Below, piece after piece: positions 39,470 to 50,384 of a DNA stretch of 64,000 nucleotides (positions are counted from its first letter, which is position 1; each line of letters opens with the position of its first letter). The translations under genes were made by a program, and so were the position numbers. The notes beneath the pieces were generated by a model. It had not been told where the DNA came from. It was given only the letters and a program-made list of their open reading frames with translations, and searched no databases. Source of the stretch: Myxococcota bacterium (GTDB taxonomy: Bacteria > Myxococcota_A > UBA9160 > UBA6930). The stretch is from positions 3,712,001-3,776,000 of the forward strand of contig OZ245002.1 of the NCBI GenBank assembly GCA_965223415.1, written 5' to 3'.

Positions 39470-40467
39470 CGCTCGATCTCGATCATCACCTTGCCGCTCT
39501 TCTCCGGGTCTCTCGCGACGGCCATCGCCTCGCCGAAGGCGTCGAGGCCGAAGCGGTGGGTGATCATCGGGCCGAGGTCGCGCCGGGCCAGCAGCTCGAT
39601 CATGGCGTTGTAGTCCGACGGGTACTCCATCGCACCGCGGATCGTCAGCTGCTTCATCATCACCAGGAGGAACGGCACCTCGGTCGGCTGCCGGTGCAGC
39701 GCGACCACCGAGAGCCTGGCCTCGGGCGCTGCCTGCTGGAGGATCTCCGGGATCACCGCCGGCGCGCCGGAGGCCTCGATGTAGGCGTGGCTCCCGGCCA
39801 TGGGGGCGCCCATCAGCGGCGTCGTCCCGTGCAGGTCGCGAATCCGCGCCCAGGTGTCGTCCCGGTCGGCGCGGATCGTCGCCGCGGCGCCGAGCTTCTC
39901 GGCCAGGGCGAGCCGCGCCTCCGAGAGATCGACGGCGACCACGTCGTCCACGCCGCGATCGCGCAGGGTGGCGATGGCGGCCAGCCCGATCGGGCCTGCG
40001 CCGAATACGACCACCTTCTCCCCGGGCGCCGCTCCGCTGCGGTCCACCGCGTTCATGCCGACGCCGAGGGGCTCGGTGAGGGCCGCCCGGTCGAAGGGCA
40101 GCGCGTCGGGGATGGGGAAGAGGGCGTCTCCGGCAGCGGCGTCGCGCACGAGGAGCCGTGGGGTGAAGCCGCCTTCCGGGCCGCCGTTGCCGATGCGCGC
40201 CCGGCTCGGGTTCAGCACCACCCGGGTGCCGGGAGCGAGCCCCTCCACCTCGGCGCCGACGCTCTCCACCACACCGGCGAGCTCGTGGCCCAGGGGCATC
40301 GGCGCGCGGCTCGGGCCGGCCACGCCGCCGAGCTGCACGTAGCCCACATCGCTGCCGCAGATGCCACAGGCGGCGACCCGGACCACCGCGTCCCGCGGTC
40401 CGGCCTCCGGCAGCTCGACGTCGTCGAGGCGGACGTCGTCCGGGCCGTGGATCTGGACCAGCTTCAC
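39466..40467 (-). CDS. Zinc-binding MDR dehydrogenase
   Basis: GICGSD, GHE, GAGPIG; the structural-Zn Cys lobe is absent. Confidence 0.88.
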   Translation of the reverse strand: MKLVQIHGPDDVRLDDVELPEAGPRDAVVRVAACGICGSDVGYVQLGGVAGPSRAPMPLGHELAGVVESVGAEVEGLAPGTRVVLNPSRARIGNGGPEGGFTPRLLVRDAAAGDALFPIPDALPFDRAALTEPLGVGMNAVDRSGAAPGEKVVVFGAGPIGLAAIATLRDRGVDDVVAVDLSEARLALAEKLGAAATIRADRDDTWARIRDLHGTTPLMGAPMAGSHAYIEASGAPAVIPEILQQAAPEARLSVVALHRQPTEVPFLLVMMKQLTIRGAMEYPSDYNAMIELLARRDLGPMITHRFGLDAFGEAMAVARDPEKSGKVMIEIER

Positions 40468-40517
40468 CGGGGGGGCGCCTCCAGGCGCCCCAGGGTAGGG
40501 CAGCCCTGCCGAAGGGC

Positions 40518-40958
40518 CTACGGGCTCGTGACGAAGGGCTTGCCCGGCGTCCCCAGCGCCGCGGGCGGCGGATTCGTCGGCGGCGGGTTCGTGGGCGGCG
40601 GCGCCTGGACGCCCGGTCGGAAACGCTCGTTGGAGGGCGCGCTGACCTGGCCGTTGGTGCCGGTGGCGGTGATCGCCACGTAGATGTCCTTGGCGTCGGA
40701 GACGATCACGTTGAAGACGTACGCCCCGTTCTGCAGGGTCGGCTTGCCCGCGTTGATCTGCTGGGTGTAGCTGCGCGACGAGCTGCCCAGGTGAACCGTG
40801 AAGCCGGCCACCGAGGCCGGGTTCCCGTGCTGCCAGCGCAGCTGCTCGGTGCGGGCCTGGGCAGCCCCGGCCAGGCCGAGGACGCAGGCCGCCACGAGGA
40901 GGGCGAGCCCGGTCGGTGCCGCTCGCCGCGTCCGTCTGTGCTGCCGTGCCATTCGCAT
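40518..40958 (-). CDS. Small secreted FN3-like protein with a Pro-rich tail
   Basis: Signal peptide ending AQA; LRW...VAGFTVH...YVAITA...SAPSNE; PPPTN repeats. Confidence 0.65.
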   Translation of the reverse strand: MRMARQHRRTRRAAPTGLALLVAACVLGLAGAAQARTEQLRWQHGNPASVAGFTVHLGSSSRSYTQQINAGKPTLQNGAYVFNVIVSDAKDIYVAITATGTNGQVSAPSNERFRPGVQAPPPTNPPPTNPPPAALGTPGKPFVTSP

Positions 40959-40972
40959 CCTCTCGACTCTCC

Positions 40973-42565
40973 CTAGGGAGACAGGGTGTTCCACGCCGCG
41001 GCCGGGTTGCCGTCCGCGCCGCTCCACTGCGTCGCCCAGCGGAGCACGCGGCGCTTGCGATTCTTGAGCTTCACGGCGACCTGTCGCCGGTCGATCTCGG
41101 CACCCAGGGTGACGCCCGCTCGCTGCAGGGCAAGCTCCGGGATGCCGTCGCCGTCGACGTCCGCCGTGCCGCTCACCCGGTAGGCCTTGCGGCTGGAGGA
41201 GGCCACGGCCTTGTCGGGCGGCTGCATGCCGTTCATGAACCACACGACCAGGTAGTGGCGACGATGGCCCTTGCGGCGTCGGGTGAGGTTCCAGACCAGG
41301 TCGTCCCGGCCGTCCTCGTCCAGGTCGGCGACGGTGGCGATCCGGTCGCCGGGCGGCATGTCGGGCAGGCTGCCGACGGCCACCGGGCTCGTGCCGCGCA
41401 TCCGCCACCACTCGAGATGGCTGCCGCCCTGCCAGACGAGGTCGGTGTGGCCGTCGCCGTCCATGTCGCCGGTCGCGGCGAGCGCGAAGCCTCTGGGCGC
41501 GTTGCCCAGGTCGATCACCTGGCTCCGCGTGCCCTGGCGCGTCAGGGTCCAGACCCGATTGGCGCCGTTCGCGCGGCTCCAGAGCAGATCCGTGACGCCG
41601 TCGCCGTTCATGTCGGCACAGCTGCTGAGCTTCCAGGTCGGGAGCTGGTGGGGAAGGGCCCGCACCACCGCGCGGGTGCCGCGCAGCCTCCACAGCTCGC
41701 TGCGACCCAACTGGGCGTCGTGCCACAGCACATCCGCCTGGCCGTCGCCGTCGAAGTCGGCGACGTCGACGGGCACCAGATTGGCGTCCCGCTGGGTGCC
41801 GAGCGTTCGCACGCTGACCTTCTGGCCCCGGTTCATCATCCAGGCGTGGAGCTTGCCGGTGGCCGGGTCGTGGAACAGCAGGTCCGCGCTGCCGTTGCCG
41901 TCGAGATCGAGGCTGTCCAGGACGGCATTCGGCTGCGGGTTGCGCGGAGTGGTCGTCCCGGAGCCACCGCCGTCGCCATTACCGCCGGAGCTGCTTCCGC
42001 CCCCACTTCCGCCGCCGGAGGTCCCGCCTTCGCCGGAGCCACCGCCGGAACCGCCTCCGCCGCTGGAGCCACCCCCGCCGCTGGAGCCGCCGCCACCTTC
42101 ACCCGAGCCGCCGCCGGAGCCGCTTCCGCCCCCGCCGCCGCTCGAGCCACCCCCGCCTTCGCCGGAGCCGCCCCCGCTCGAGCCCCCGCCGCCGCTTCCG
42201 CCCCCGCCGCCCTCGCCGGAGCCCCCGCCGCCGGTCACGAAGCTGGCGATCTCGGAGATGGGGGACAGCGGGCCCTGGTTGCCCTGGGCATCGCGGGCCG
42301 CGACGCGGATCGTGACGTTCTCGCCGAACTGACCCTGGACCGTGACGGAGGTGCTGCTCACGATCTGGTCCGGCGTCGACGGGAAGGGGCTCCCGTTGCG
42401 CGACTCGAAGACCGCGTACTGCACAACGGGCCCAGAGGCCGCCGACCAGGAGAGCGTCGCGTGGTTCTGGCCGACCACCTGCTTGGCCGCGGCGGGTACG
42501 GCGGCGACCAGCACCACCAGAGCCGCTACGAAGAAATGTCGCGGTCGGAGCATGCGCCCCCCCAT
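40973..42565 (-). CDS. Secreted protein: FN3-like domain + Gly/Ser linker + FG-GAP/VCBS repeats
   Basis: Signal peptide; LSW...Y...RVAARD; repeats DLDGNGSADL, DFDGDGQADV, DMNGDG, DMDGDG, DLDEDG, DVDGDG. Start 42565 or 42553. Confidence 0.8.
   Translation of the reverse strand: MGGRMLRPRHFFVAALVVLVAAVPAAAKQVVGQNHATLSWSAASGPVVQYAVFESRNGSPFPSTPDQIVSSTSVTVQGQFGENVTIRVAARDAQGNQGPLSPISEIASFVTGGGGSGEGGGGGSGGGGSSGGGSGEGGGGSSGGGGGSGSGGGSGEGGGGSSGGGGSSGGGGSGGGSGEGGTSGGGSGGGSSSGGNGDGGGSGTTTPRNPQPNAVLDSLDLDGNGSADLLFHDPATGKLHAWMMNRGQKVSVRTLGTQRDANLVPVDVADFDGDGQADVLWHDAQLGRSELWRLRGTRAVVRALPHQLPTWKLSSCADMNGDGVTDLLWSRANGANRVWTLTRQGTRSQVIDLGNAPRGFALAATGDMDGDGHTDLVWQGGSHLEWWRMRGTSPVAVGSLPDMPPGDRIATVADLDEDGRDDLVWNLTRRRKGHRRHYLVVWFMNGMQPPDKAVASSSRKAYRVSGTADVDGDGIPELALQRAGVTLGAEIDRRQVAVKLKNRKRRVLRWATQWSGADGNPAAAWNTLSP
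41957..42232 (-). repeat. Low-complexity (GGGS/GEGGGG)n coding repeat
   Basis: About 90 codons almost all Gly/Ser/Glu. Confidence 0.9.
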
Positions 42566-42858
42566 CAAGAACCACCGGACCGTTCGGATGTACGGAGGAC
42601 CGCGGATGTGACTGTGGTCACGTACCCACGAAGGGCGGCGAGGAGTCCGCCTGGGCGCGGTCTTGGTCGCGGAAGCTGCGGCCTCGTGGAGGGCGAGGCC
42701 TGCCGGTGAGTTGCCTTGCGGGGGTCGGCCCGCGCTGGCCCTGCGTCGCGGGTCAGAAGGGCAGGTGCTACCTTGCGCGCCCCTCCGGGATGCCCCTCGG
42801 GAGGCAGTGACGTCACCGATCGGTGGGATCACCCGTTGCAGAGGAGAATCGAGACCAC

Positions 42859-43101
42859 GTGGCACGCGACGATCTGATCCAGGCGACCGGAAGCGTCGAC
42901 AAGATCCTCGGCGGCGGTCGCTACCAGATCTCGCTGGACAGCGGGCAGACGGTCACGGCCCAGCTCTCGGGCCGGATGCGCCGCTTCCGCATCCGGGTGA
43001 TCCCGGGCGACCGGGTCCAGGTCGGCCTGTCTCCCTACGATCCCACCCACGGGTTCATCACCTTCCGTCTGCGCGACGGCGAGCAGCCTCCGGGCAGCTA
43101 G
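42859..43101 (+). CDS. infA: Translation initiation factor IF-1
   Basis: LSGRMRRFRIRVIPGDRVQVGLSPYD..G.ITFR. Confidence 0.92.
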   Translation: MARDDLIQATGSVDKILGGGRYQISLDSGQTVTAQLSGRMRRFRIRVIPGDRVQVGLSPYDPTHGFITFRLRDGEQPPGS

Positions 43102-43109
43102 GCCGTCCC

Positions 43110-43766
43110 TTGCCCGTCGCGCCGGGCCTCCTGCGCGGATGGCTGCGCGCTGTCCAGGCCATGGACCGGGTGCGTCTGCGCTGGCAGCTGGCTCGGCACC
43201 CGGGCCTCTCGGTCCACCCCAGCGCCAGCAGTGCCTTCGGCTGCGCCCGCCTCCAGCTCGCCCCCGGCGCCCGGGTGACCATCGGGGCCGGCGTCGCCAC
43301 GGAGCGGCGGCCCGGCTGGCTCAACCTGCTCGTGCACGAGGGCGGCGAGATCGTCGTCGAGGAGGGAACCTGGCTGCGCACCGAGGTCGCTCCCGTGACC
43401 CTGGTGGCCTACCCGGGCGGGCGGCTCGTCCTCGGGCCCGCGAGCTTCGTGAACGGGGCCCACCTGAGTGCCAAGACCGAGGTGCGGCTCGGGCGAAAGG
43501 CCCAGATCGGCCCGAACAGCAAGGTCTACGACGCCGACCAGCACGATCTCGACGACGCCCGCCCCGAAGGTCGGGCCCCGGTGAGCGTCGGTGACCACGC
43601 CTGGATCGCCTCGGACGTCACCGTCATGAAGGGCGTCACGATCGGGCCCCACGCCATCGTCGGCGCCCGCTCTGTCGTCAACCGCGACGTCCCCGCCCAC
43701 GAGTTCTGGGCCGGCTCCCCCGCCCGCCCCCTCGGCCCCGTCGGCGACCGCACCCACGCCCGCTGA
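43110..43766 (+). CDS. Hexapeptide-repeat (LbH) acyltransferase
   Basis: YDADQH, PVSVGDHAWI, KGVTIG, GARSVV, GSPAR; start uncertain (43110 TTG or 43161 ATG). Confidence 0.8.
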   Translation: MPVAPGLLRGWLRAVQAMDRVRLRWQLARHPGLSVHPSASSAFGCARLQLAPGARVTIGAGVATERRPGWLNLLVHEGGEIVVEEGTWLRTEVAPVTLVAYPGGRLVLGPASFVNGAHLSAKTEVRLGRKAQIGPNSKVYDADQHDLDDARPEGRAPVSVGDHAWIASDVTVMKGVTIGPHAIVGARSVVNRDVPAHEFWAGSPARPLGPVGDRTHAR

Positions 43767-43774
43767 CCCACACC

Positions 43775-43804
43775 GCAAGACTGGGGACGTTCCTTGCATC
43801 TTGC
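43775..43804. repeat. Single REP-like unit sharing the GGGACGTTCCT core
   Basis: gcaaga-ctg-gggacgttcct-tgca-tcttgc; same core as 30966-31035 with different inverted flanks. Confidence 0.55.
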
Positions 43805-43830
43805 GCCCTCGGCGGCGCTACCGTCGGGCC

Positions 43831-44745
43831 ATGGCGCAGAAGATCGCGTACTTCGGTCAGGCCCCCTTCGGCCGCGACGTCCTGGTGAAGCTGCTCGACG
43901 CGGGTCACGAGATCGTCGGGGTCTACGCGCCGCGGGAGGGCAAGCGGCCGGATCCCCTGGCGGAAGAGGCGGCGGCGCGGGGCCTCCGCCTCTTCCGCTA
44001 CGGCGCGATGAGACGCAAAGGCGAGCCGATCGCCGAGCGGGTCGCGGAGCACGCGGCCCTCGGGGCGGACCTGAACGTGCTGGCCTTCGTCACGATGATC
44101 CTGCCGGAAGCCGTGGTCGAGGCGCCGCGGCACGGATCCCTCTGCTTCCACCCCTCGTTGCTGCCGAAGTTCCGCGGTGGAAACGCCCTGGCGTGGCAGA
44201 TCATCGAGGGCGAGCGCGAGGCCGGGGTGACGGTCTTCCGGCCGGACGCCGGTGTCGACACCGGCCCCATCGTCGTGCAGAAGGGCGGAGTGGCCATCGA
44301 GCCCCATCACACCGCCGCCAGCCTGTACTTCGAGCGGCTCTACGACCTGGGTGTCGAGGCCATGTGCGAGGCGGTGGCGTTGGTCGATCGGGGCGAGGCC
44401 GAGGCCCGACCCCAGGACGAGAGCCAGTCGAGCTTCCAGGGGCTGGTGGACGATGCCGTGGCGGCCGTCGACTGGTCGCGACCGGCGGTGGAGCTGGACC
44501 GGCTCGCCCGCGGCTGCGACCCCCAGCCCGGCGCCCACACGCAGCTCGACGGGCGGCGGCTACGGCTCTTCGACGTGGTGCTCGCGGAAGGCCAGGGCGC
44601 GCCCGGGGAGGTGATCGGGCACGACGCGGGTGCCGCCCTCGTCGCGGCACCGGGAGGCGCCCTCCGGGTCGGCCGGGTTCGCCCTGCCGGGGCGGCCAAG
44701 CAGCCGGCCGCGGACGTGCTGGAGCGCGGTGTCCGTCTCGGCTGA
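43831..44745 (+). CDS. Formyltransferase-family protein (10-formyl-THF dehydrogenase N-domain-like)
   Basis: KIAYFGQ, HPSLLPKFRG, D.GVDTGP; Fmt C-terminal-like RGCDPQPGA. Confidence 0.85.
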   Translation: MAQKIAYFGQAPFGRDVLVKLLDAGHEIVGVYAPREGKRPDPLAEEAAARGLRLFRYGAMRRKGEPIAERVAEHAALGADLNVLAFVTMILPEAVVEAPRHGSLCFHPSLLPKFRGGNALAWQIIEGEREAGVTVFRPDAGVDTGPIVVQKGGVAIEPHHTAASLYFERLYDLGVEAMCEAVALVDRGEAEARPQDESQSSFQGLVDDAVAAVDWSRPAVELDRLARGCDPQPGAHTQLDGRRLRLFDVVLAEGQGAPGEVIGHDAGAALVAAPGGALRVGRVRPAGAAKQPAADVLERGVRLG

Positions 44746-45460
44746 GTTGCCGGAAGAGGCCCGTCGTGTCCTCGAAGCCGGCGGGCTCGACGTGCTCGGC
44801 GCGGCGGACCTGCGGGCCTGGGACGACGCGGCGCCACCCAGCCTGCAGGGCCGGGGCCTGCTTCCGGAAGCCGCCGGCGTCCTCGTGGTGGGCGCCGGTC
44901 GTGCGCTGTTCGAAGGGCTCGCCTGGACCGGGCCGGACCCCCTGGATCGCCACACCGAAGCCGTGGTCGACCGGGCGGTGGCCACCCTGGAGCGGGCCGG
45001 TCACCGGGCCCGGGCCGTGCTCGCCCACCGCCCCGCCGCCGACGGCCACGCCGACTTCGTGGCGTTGGGCCGCGCCGCCGGCCTGGGCTGGCCGAGCCGG
45101 CTGGGCCTGCTCCTCCACCCGGAGCGAGGGCCCTGGTGGAGCCTTCGCGCCGGCATCCTGACCGATCTGGCCCTGTCCCCGGGCACGCCGCTTTCCGGCG
45201 CCGGCCCCTGCGCGGACTGCCCGGCACCCTGTACGGCCGCCTGTCCCGCGGACGCGCCCCGGCCCGAGGGCTTCTCGGTCTCCCGCTGCGGAGAGGTGCG
45301 CCGCGCCGCCACGCCCTGCGCCATCCTCTGCCACGCCCGGCGCGCCTGCCCCCTCGGCCAGGGCCACGCCTACCCCCCCGCCGCCGAGGCCCACGTCATG
45401 CGCGCCTCCAGGAGTTCAATGGCGGGGCCAGCGTCGAGGCTTCCGCTCTCGGAGAACTGA
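44729..45460 (+). CDS. Short QueG-like Fe-S protein
   Basis: [44 protein letters not shown]. Confidence 0.65.
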   Translation: MSVSAELPEEARRVLEAGGLDVLGAADLRAWDDAAPPSLQGRGLLPEAAGVLVVGAGRALFEGLAWTGPDPLDRHTEAVVDRAVATLERAGHRARAVLAHRPAADGHADFVALGRAAGLGWPSRLGLLLHPERGPWWSLRAGILTDLALSPGTPLSGAGPCADCPAPCTAACPADAPRPEGFSVSRCGEVRRAATPCAILCHARRACPLGQGHAYPPAAEAHVMRASRSSMAGPASRLPLSEN

Positions 45461-45728
45461 GCTCACGCCCCTGTTCCCCGAGGGGATGACGCGGTGCGTC
45501 CAGGTTGCGTCGAGGGGGAAAGGGATTATTTTTCGCGGCGTCTCACGGGGAGGCTGCGCTCGTCCGATCAGGCCCCCGGGCCCTGGGACTCCCGGGTGCC
45601 TGCGCCTGGTAGCCCCCCGAACGACGGATGACGCGCCACCGCGGTCGTTCCATTTTCTTGGGGCACCGCCCTGTGGATCCTTCCATTCTCCAAACCGCTC
45701 GACCACCGAGCGCTCGGCGGACCCGGCC

Positions 45729-47822
<2,094 letters not shown>

Positions 47823-47831
47823 GATCCCCCC

Positions 47832-48521
47832 ATGGATTCGAAGTTCCTGAATGCCAGGAGCCCGCTGCGGCTGCTGGAGAAGGGCCTCCACGGAGGCCTC
47901 GGCGACGGCAACCTGGGCCTCGTCCTCGCGGGCCACGGCGTCGGCAAGACCTCCTTCCTGGTCGGCGTGGCGCTCGACGACCTGCTGCGCGGCCAGCCCG
48001 TGCTGCACGTGGCCCTCGACCAGACCGTCGCCCACACCCGCGCCTACTACGACACCGTGTTCGACGACTACGCCTCCCACGCCCACCTGGATGACGAAGC
48101 CGTCGTGCACTCCGAGGTGGACCGGCTGCGCAGCATCCGCGCCTATCCGCCCCAGGGCTTCGACGCGGCCAAGCTCCGCGAGGCGCTCAAGCACGAGGCG
48201 GAGGCGGCGGGCGCGCCGCGGGTGGTGATCCTGGAGGGCTACGACCTGGCCGCGGCCCAGGACGCCGAGCTCGGCGACCTGCGCAGCCTGGCCAGGGAGC
48301 AGGGGTTCGAGATCTGGCTGGGTTTCGCCTGCGAGACCGAGACCATCGGCGATCTGCCGCCGGAGGTCGGCCACGGTCGGGAGGCCTTCGACGTGATCCT
48401 GGCCCTCGAGCCCGGCAGCGACACCGTGGCCCTGCGCGCGCTGAAGGACCACGACAACCCGGACGTGGCGAACCTCCACGTGGCCCTGGATCCGAAGACC
48501 CTGCTGCTGACGCGCTCCTAG
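47832..48521 (+). CDS. RecA/KaiC-like P-loop domain protein
   Basis: GLVLAGHGVGKTSFL Walker A; degenerate Walker B VILEG. Confidence 0.7.
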   Translation: MDSKFLNARSPLRLLEKGLHGGLGDGNLGLVLAGHGVGKTSFLVGVALDDLLRGQPVLHVALDQTVAHTRAYYDTVFDDYASHAHLDDEAVVHSEVDRLRSIRAYPPQGFDAAKLREALKHEAEAAGAPRVVILEGYDLAAAQDAELGDLRSLAREQGFEIWLGFACETETIGDLPPEVGHGREAFDVILALEPGSDTVALRALKDHDNPDVANLHVALDPKTLLLTRS

Positions 48522-49033
48522 CTCCCGGCGCGGCGCCTCGGGAACGAGAGCAGCGCCAGACCGAGCAGCGTCGCCGCGACAGGCTCGGGCACCACCGAGA
48601 CGTTGCCGCGGATCTCGCCCAGCCCGTTGAAGACGCTGTGCACGTTGATGTACCAGAGGCCTGCGAGCAGGTCGTTCGCCTCGGTGGGCGTGAGGGTCTG
48701 GCTTCCGTTGGAGGTGCCCGAGCGGTTGCCCGGGTTCAACACCACCGGCGTCGTGAAGATCACCGCTCCGTTCTGGTTGGCCGGTGCCGGGCCGTGGAAG
48801 TGCGCCACCTGGAAGTCTCCGAGCAGCCCGGAGAAGGAGTAGGACCAGGTGAGCAGGTTCGTCTGGTCGTCGAAGGTGAGGGTGGCGGAGCCTGTGGCCG
48901 TGGATCCGGTGCCGGCCCCCGAGTTGGCCTGGGCCCCGTCGATCGTCGCGGCCAGCTGGATCGTGGCGGCGCCCGCCGGAGCGATCAGCAGGACGGCCAG
49001 GGAATACGTCGCGAGAGCGAAGCGGAGGGACAT
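48518..49033 (-). CDS. CHRD-domain PEP-CTERM protein
   Basis: AHFHGPA, WYINVHS...GEIRG (CHRD); VPEP + TM + RRR. Confidence 0.9.
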   Translation of the reverse strand: MSLRFALATYSLAVLLIAPAGAATIQLAATIDGAQANSGAGTGSTATGSATLTFDDQTNLLTWSYSFSGLLGDFQVAHFHGPAPANQNGAVIFTTPVVLNPGNRSGTSNGSQTLTPTEANDLLAGLWYINVHSVFNGLGEIRGNVSVVPEPVAATLLGLALLSFPRRRAGS

Positions 49034-49145
49034 GGGGGCTCCTTCCCCGTCCCGGTAGGGCCATCGTGCCACGCCTCGCCCAGGGCGGGCAAGGCCCCTC
49101 GGGGAGGCGAGACACTCCACTGCCGGAGTGGCATCATGGCCGGCC

Positions 49146-50372
49146 GTGAATGCCCCCGAACTCTTCCTTGTCGTGAGCCTGATCGGCGCCGCTTTCACCG
49201 CCAGCGCCCTCGTCCAGGCACGCCGCATCTCCGCCCTCAGCTTCCCCTACTTCATGGGTGCCTGGCTGACCGGGGAGCTGCCCCTCCACCACCTGGCCTG
49301 GCAGGCCGTCGCGACGCTGATCTTCGGCGCCTTCGGTGCCTTCGAGACCTCCACGGGTCTGCTGGGCCTGGCCATCACCTTCGCGAGCTGGACCGGGCTC
49401 CTCGTGATCCACGGCCGCGCGCTGCGCGCCCAGGAGACGACCCGCGGCGCCCTCGCGGAGCACGGCCTCACCGCCGAGGAGGACGTCGCACCCTGGCACG
49501 GCCTGCGCCCCTTCCGCATGAAGCGGCCCGGCGTGGAGGTGCTGCGCGGGCGCGAGTACGGCCCGTCCCTTCCCGGCGACAAGGGCGGACGCAACCGCGT
49601 CGACGTCGTGCGGCCCCGGGAGCCCGGCGCGGGCCGGCCGGCGCTGCTCCAGGTGCACGGCGGCGGCTGGGTGATCGGCGAGAAGGACCAGCAGGGCCAG
49701 CCGCTGATGCATCACCTCGCCGAGCGCGGCTGGGTCTGCTTCGCGCCGAACTACCGCCTCTCTCCCAAGGCGACCTTCCCGGACCACATCGTCGACGTGA
49801 AGCGCGCCCTCGTGTGGATGCGCGAGCACGCCGAGGAGTTCGGCATCGACCCGGACTTCGTCGCGGTCACCGGCGGCTCGGCGGGCGGGCACCTGTGCGC
49901 GCTCACGGCCCTCTCCCAGAACGACCCGGTGTTCCAGCCCGGCTTCGAATCGGGCGACACGCGCATCGCCGCCGCCGTGCCGTTCTACGGCGTGTATGAC
50001 TTCCTGGACCGCCAAGGCATCCGCGGCTCCCAGGCCATGGCGCCCTTCCTCGCCAAGCAGGTGATGAAGTGCGCGCCGGAGGAGAACCCGGAGCTGTGGG
50101 AGGCCGCCTCGCCCATCTCGCGGATCTCGAGCGACGCGCCGCCTTTCCTGGTCGTCCAGGGCACCCACGACTCGCTCGTCTTCGTCGAGGAGGCGCGCAG
50201 CTTCGTGCAGGCACTGCGGGAGAAGTCCCCGAACCCGGTGCTCTACCTGGAGCTCGACGGCGCCCAGCACGCCTTCGACACCTTCCACTCAGTGCGCTCC
50301 GCTCACGCGGTGCGAGCCGCGACCGCCTTCCTCGAGGACACCTACCGCCGCCACGTCGAGCAGGCGGCCTAG
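49146..50372 (+). CDS. HSL-family esterase/lipase with N-terminal TM segments
   Basis: HGGGW, GGSAGG, GTHD, AQHAFD. Confidence 0.9.
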   Translation: MNAPELFLVVSLIGAAFTASALVQARRISALSFPYFMGAWLTGELPLHHLAWQAVATLIFGAFGAFETSTGLLGLAITFASWTGLLVIHGRALRAQETTRGALAEHGLTAEEDVAPWHGLRPFRMKRPGVEVLRGREYGPSLPGDKGGRNRVDVVRPREPGAGRPALLQVHGGGWVIGEKDQQGQPLMHHLAERGWVCFAPNYRLSPKATFPDHIVDVKRALVWMREHAEEFGIDPDFVAVTGGSAGGHLCALTALSQNDPVFQPGFESGDTRIAAAVPFYGVYDFLDRQGIRGSQAMAPFLAKQVMKCAPEENPELWEAASPISRISSDAPPFLVVQGTHDSLVFVEEARSFVQALREKSPNPVLYLELDGAQHAFDTFHSVRSAHAVRAATAFLEDTYRRHVEQAA

Positions 50373-50384
50373 GAGAACCCACTC

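Noticed and set aside
43831..44745. Naming the gene fmt
   Set aside because: It lacks Fmt-specific N-terminal motifs and a def neighbour; left as formyltransferase family.
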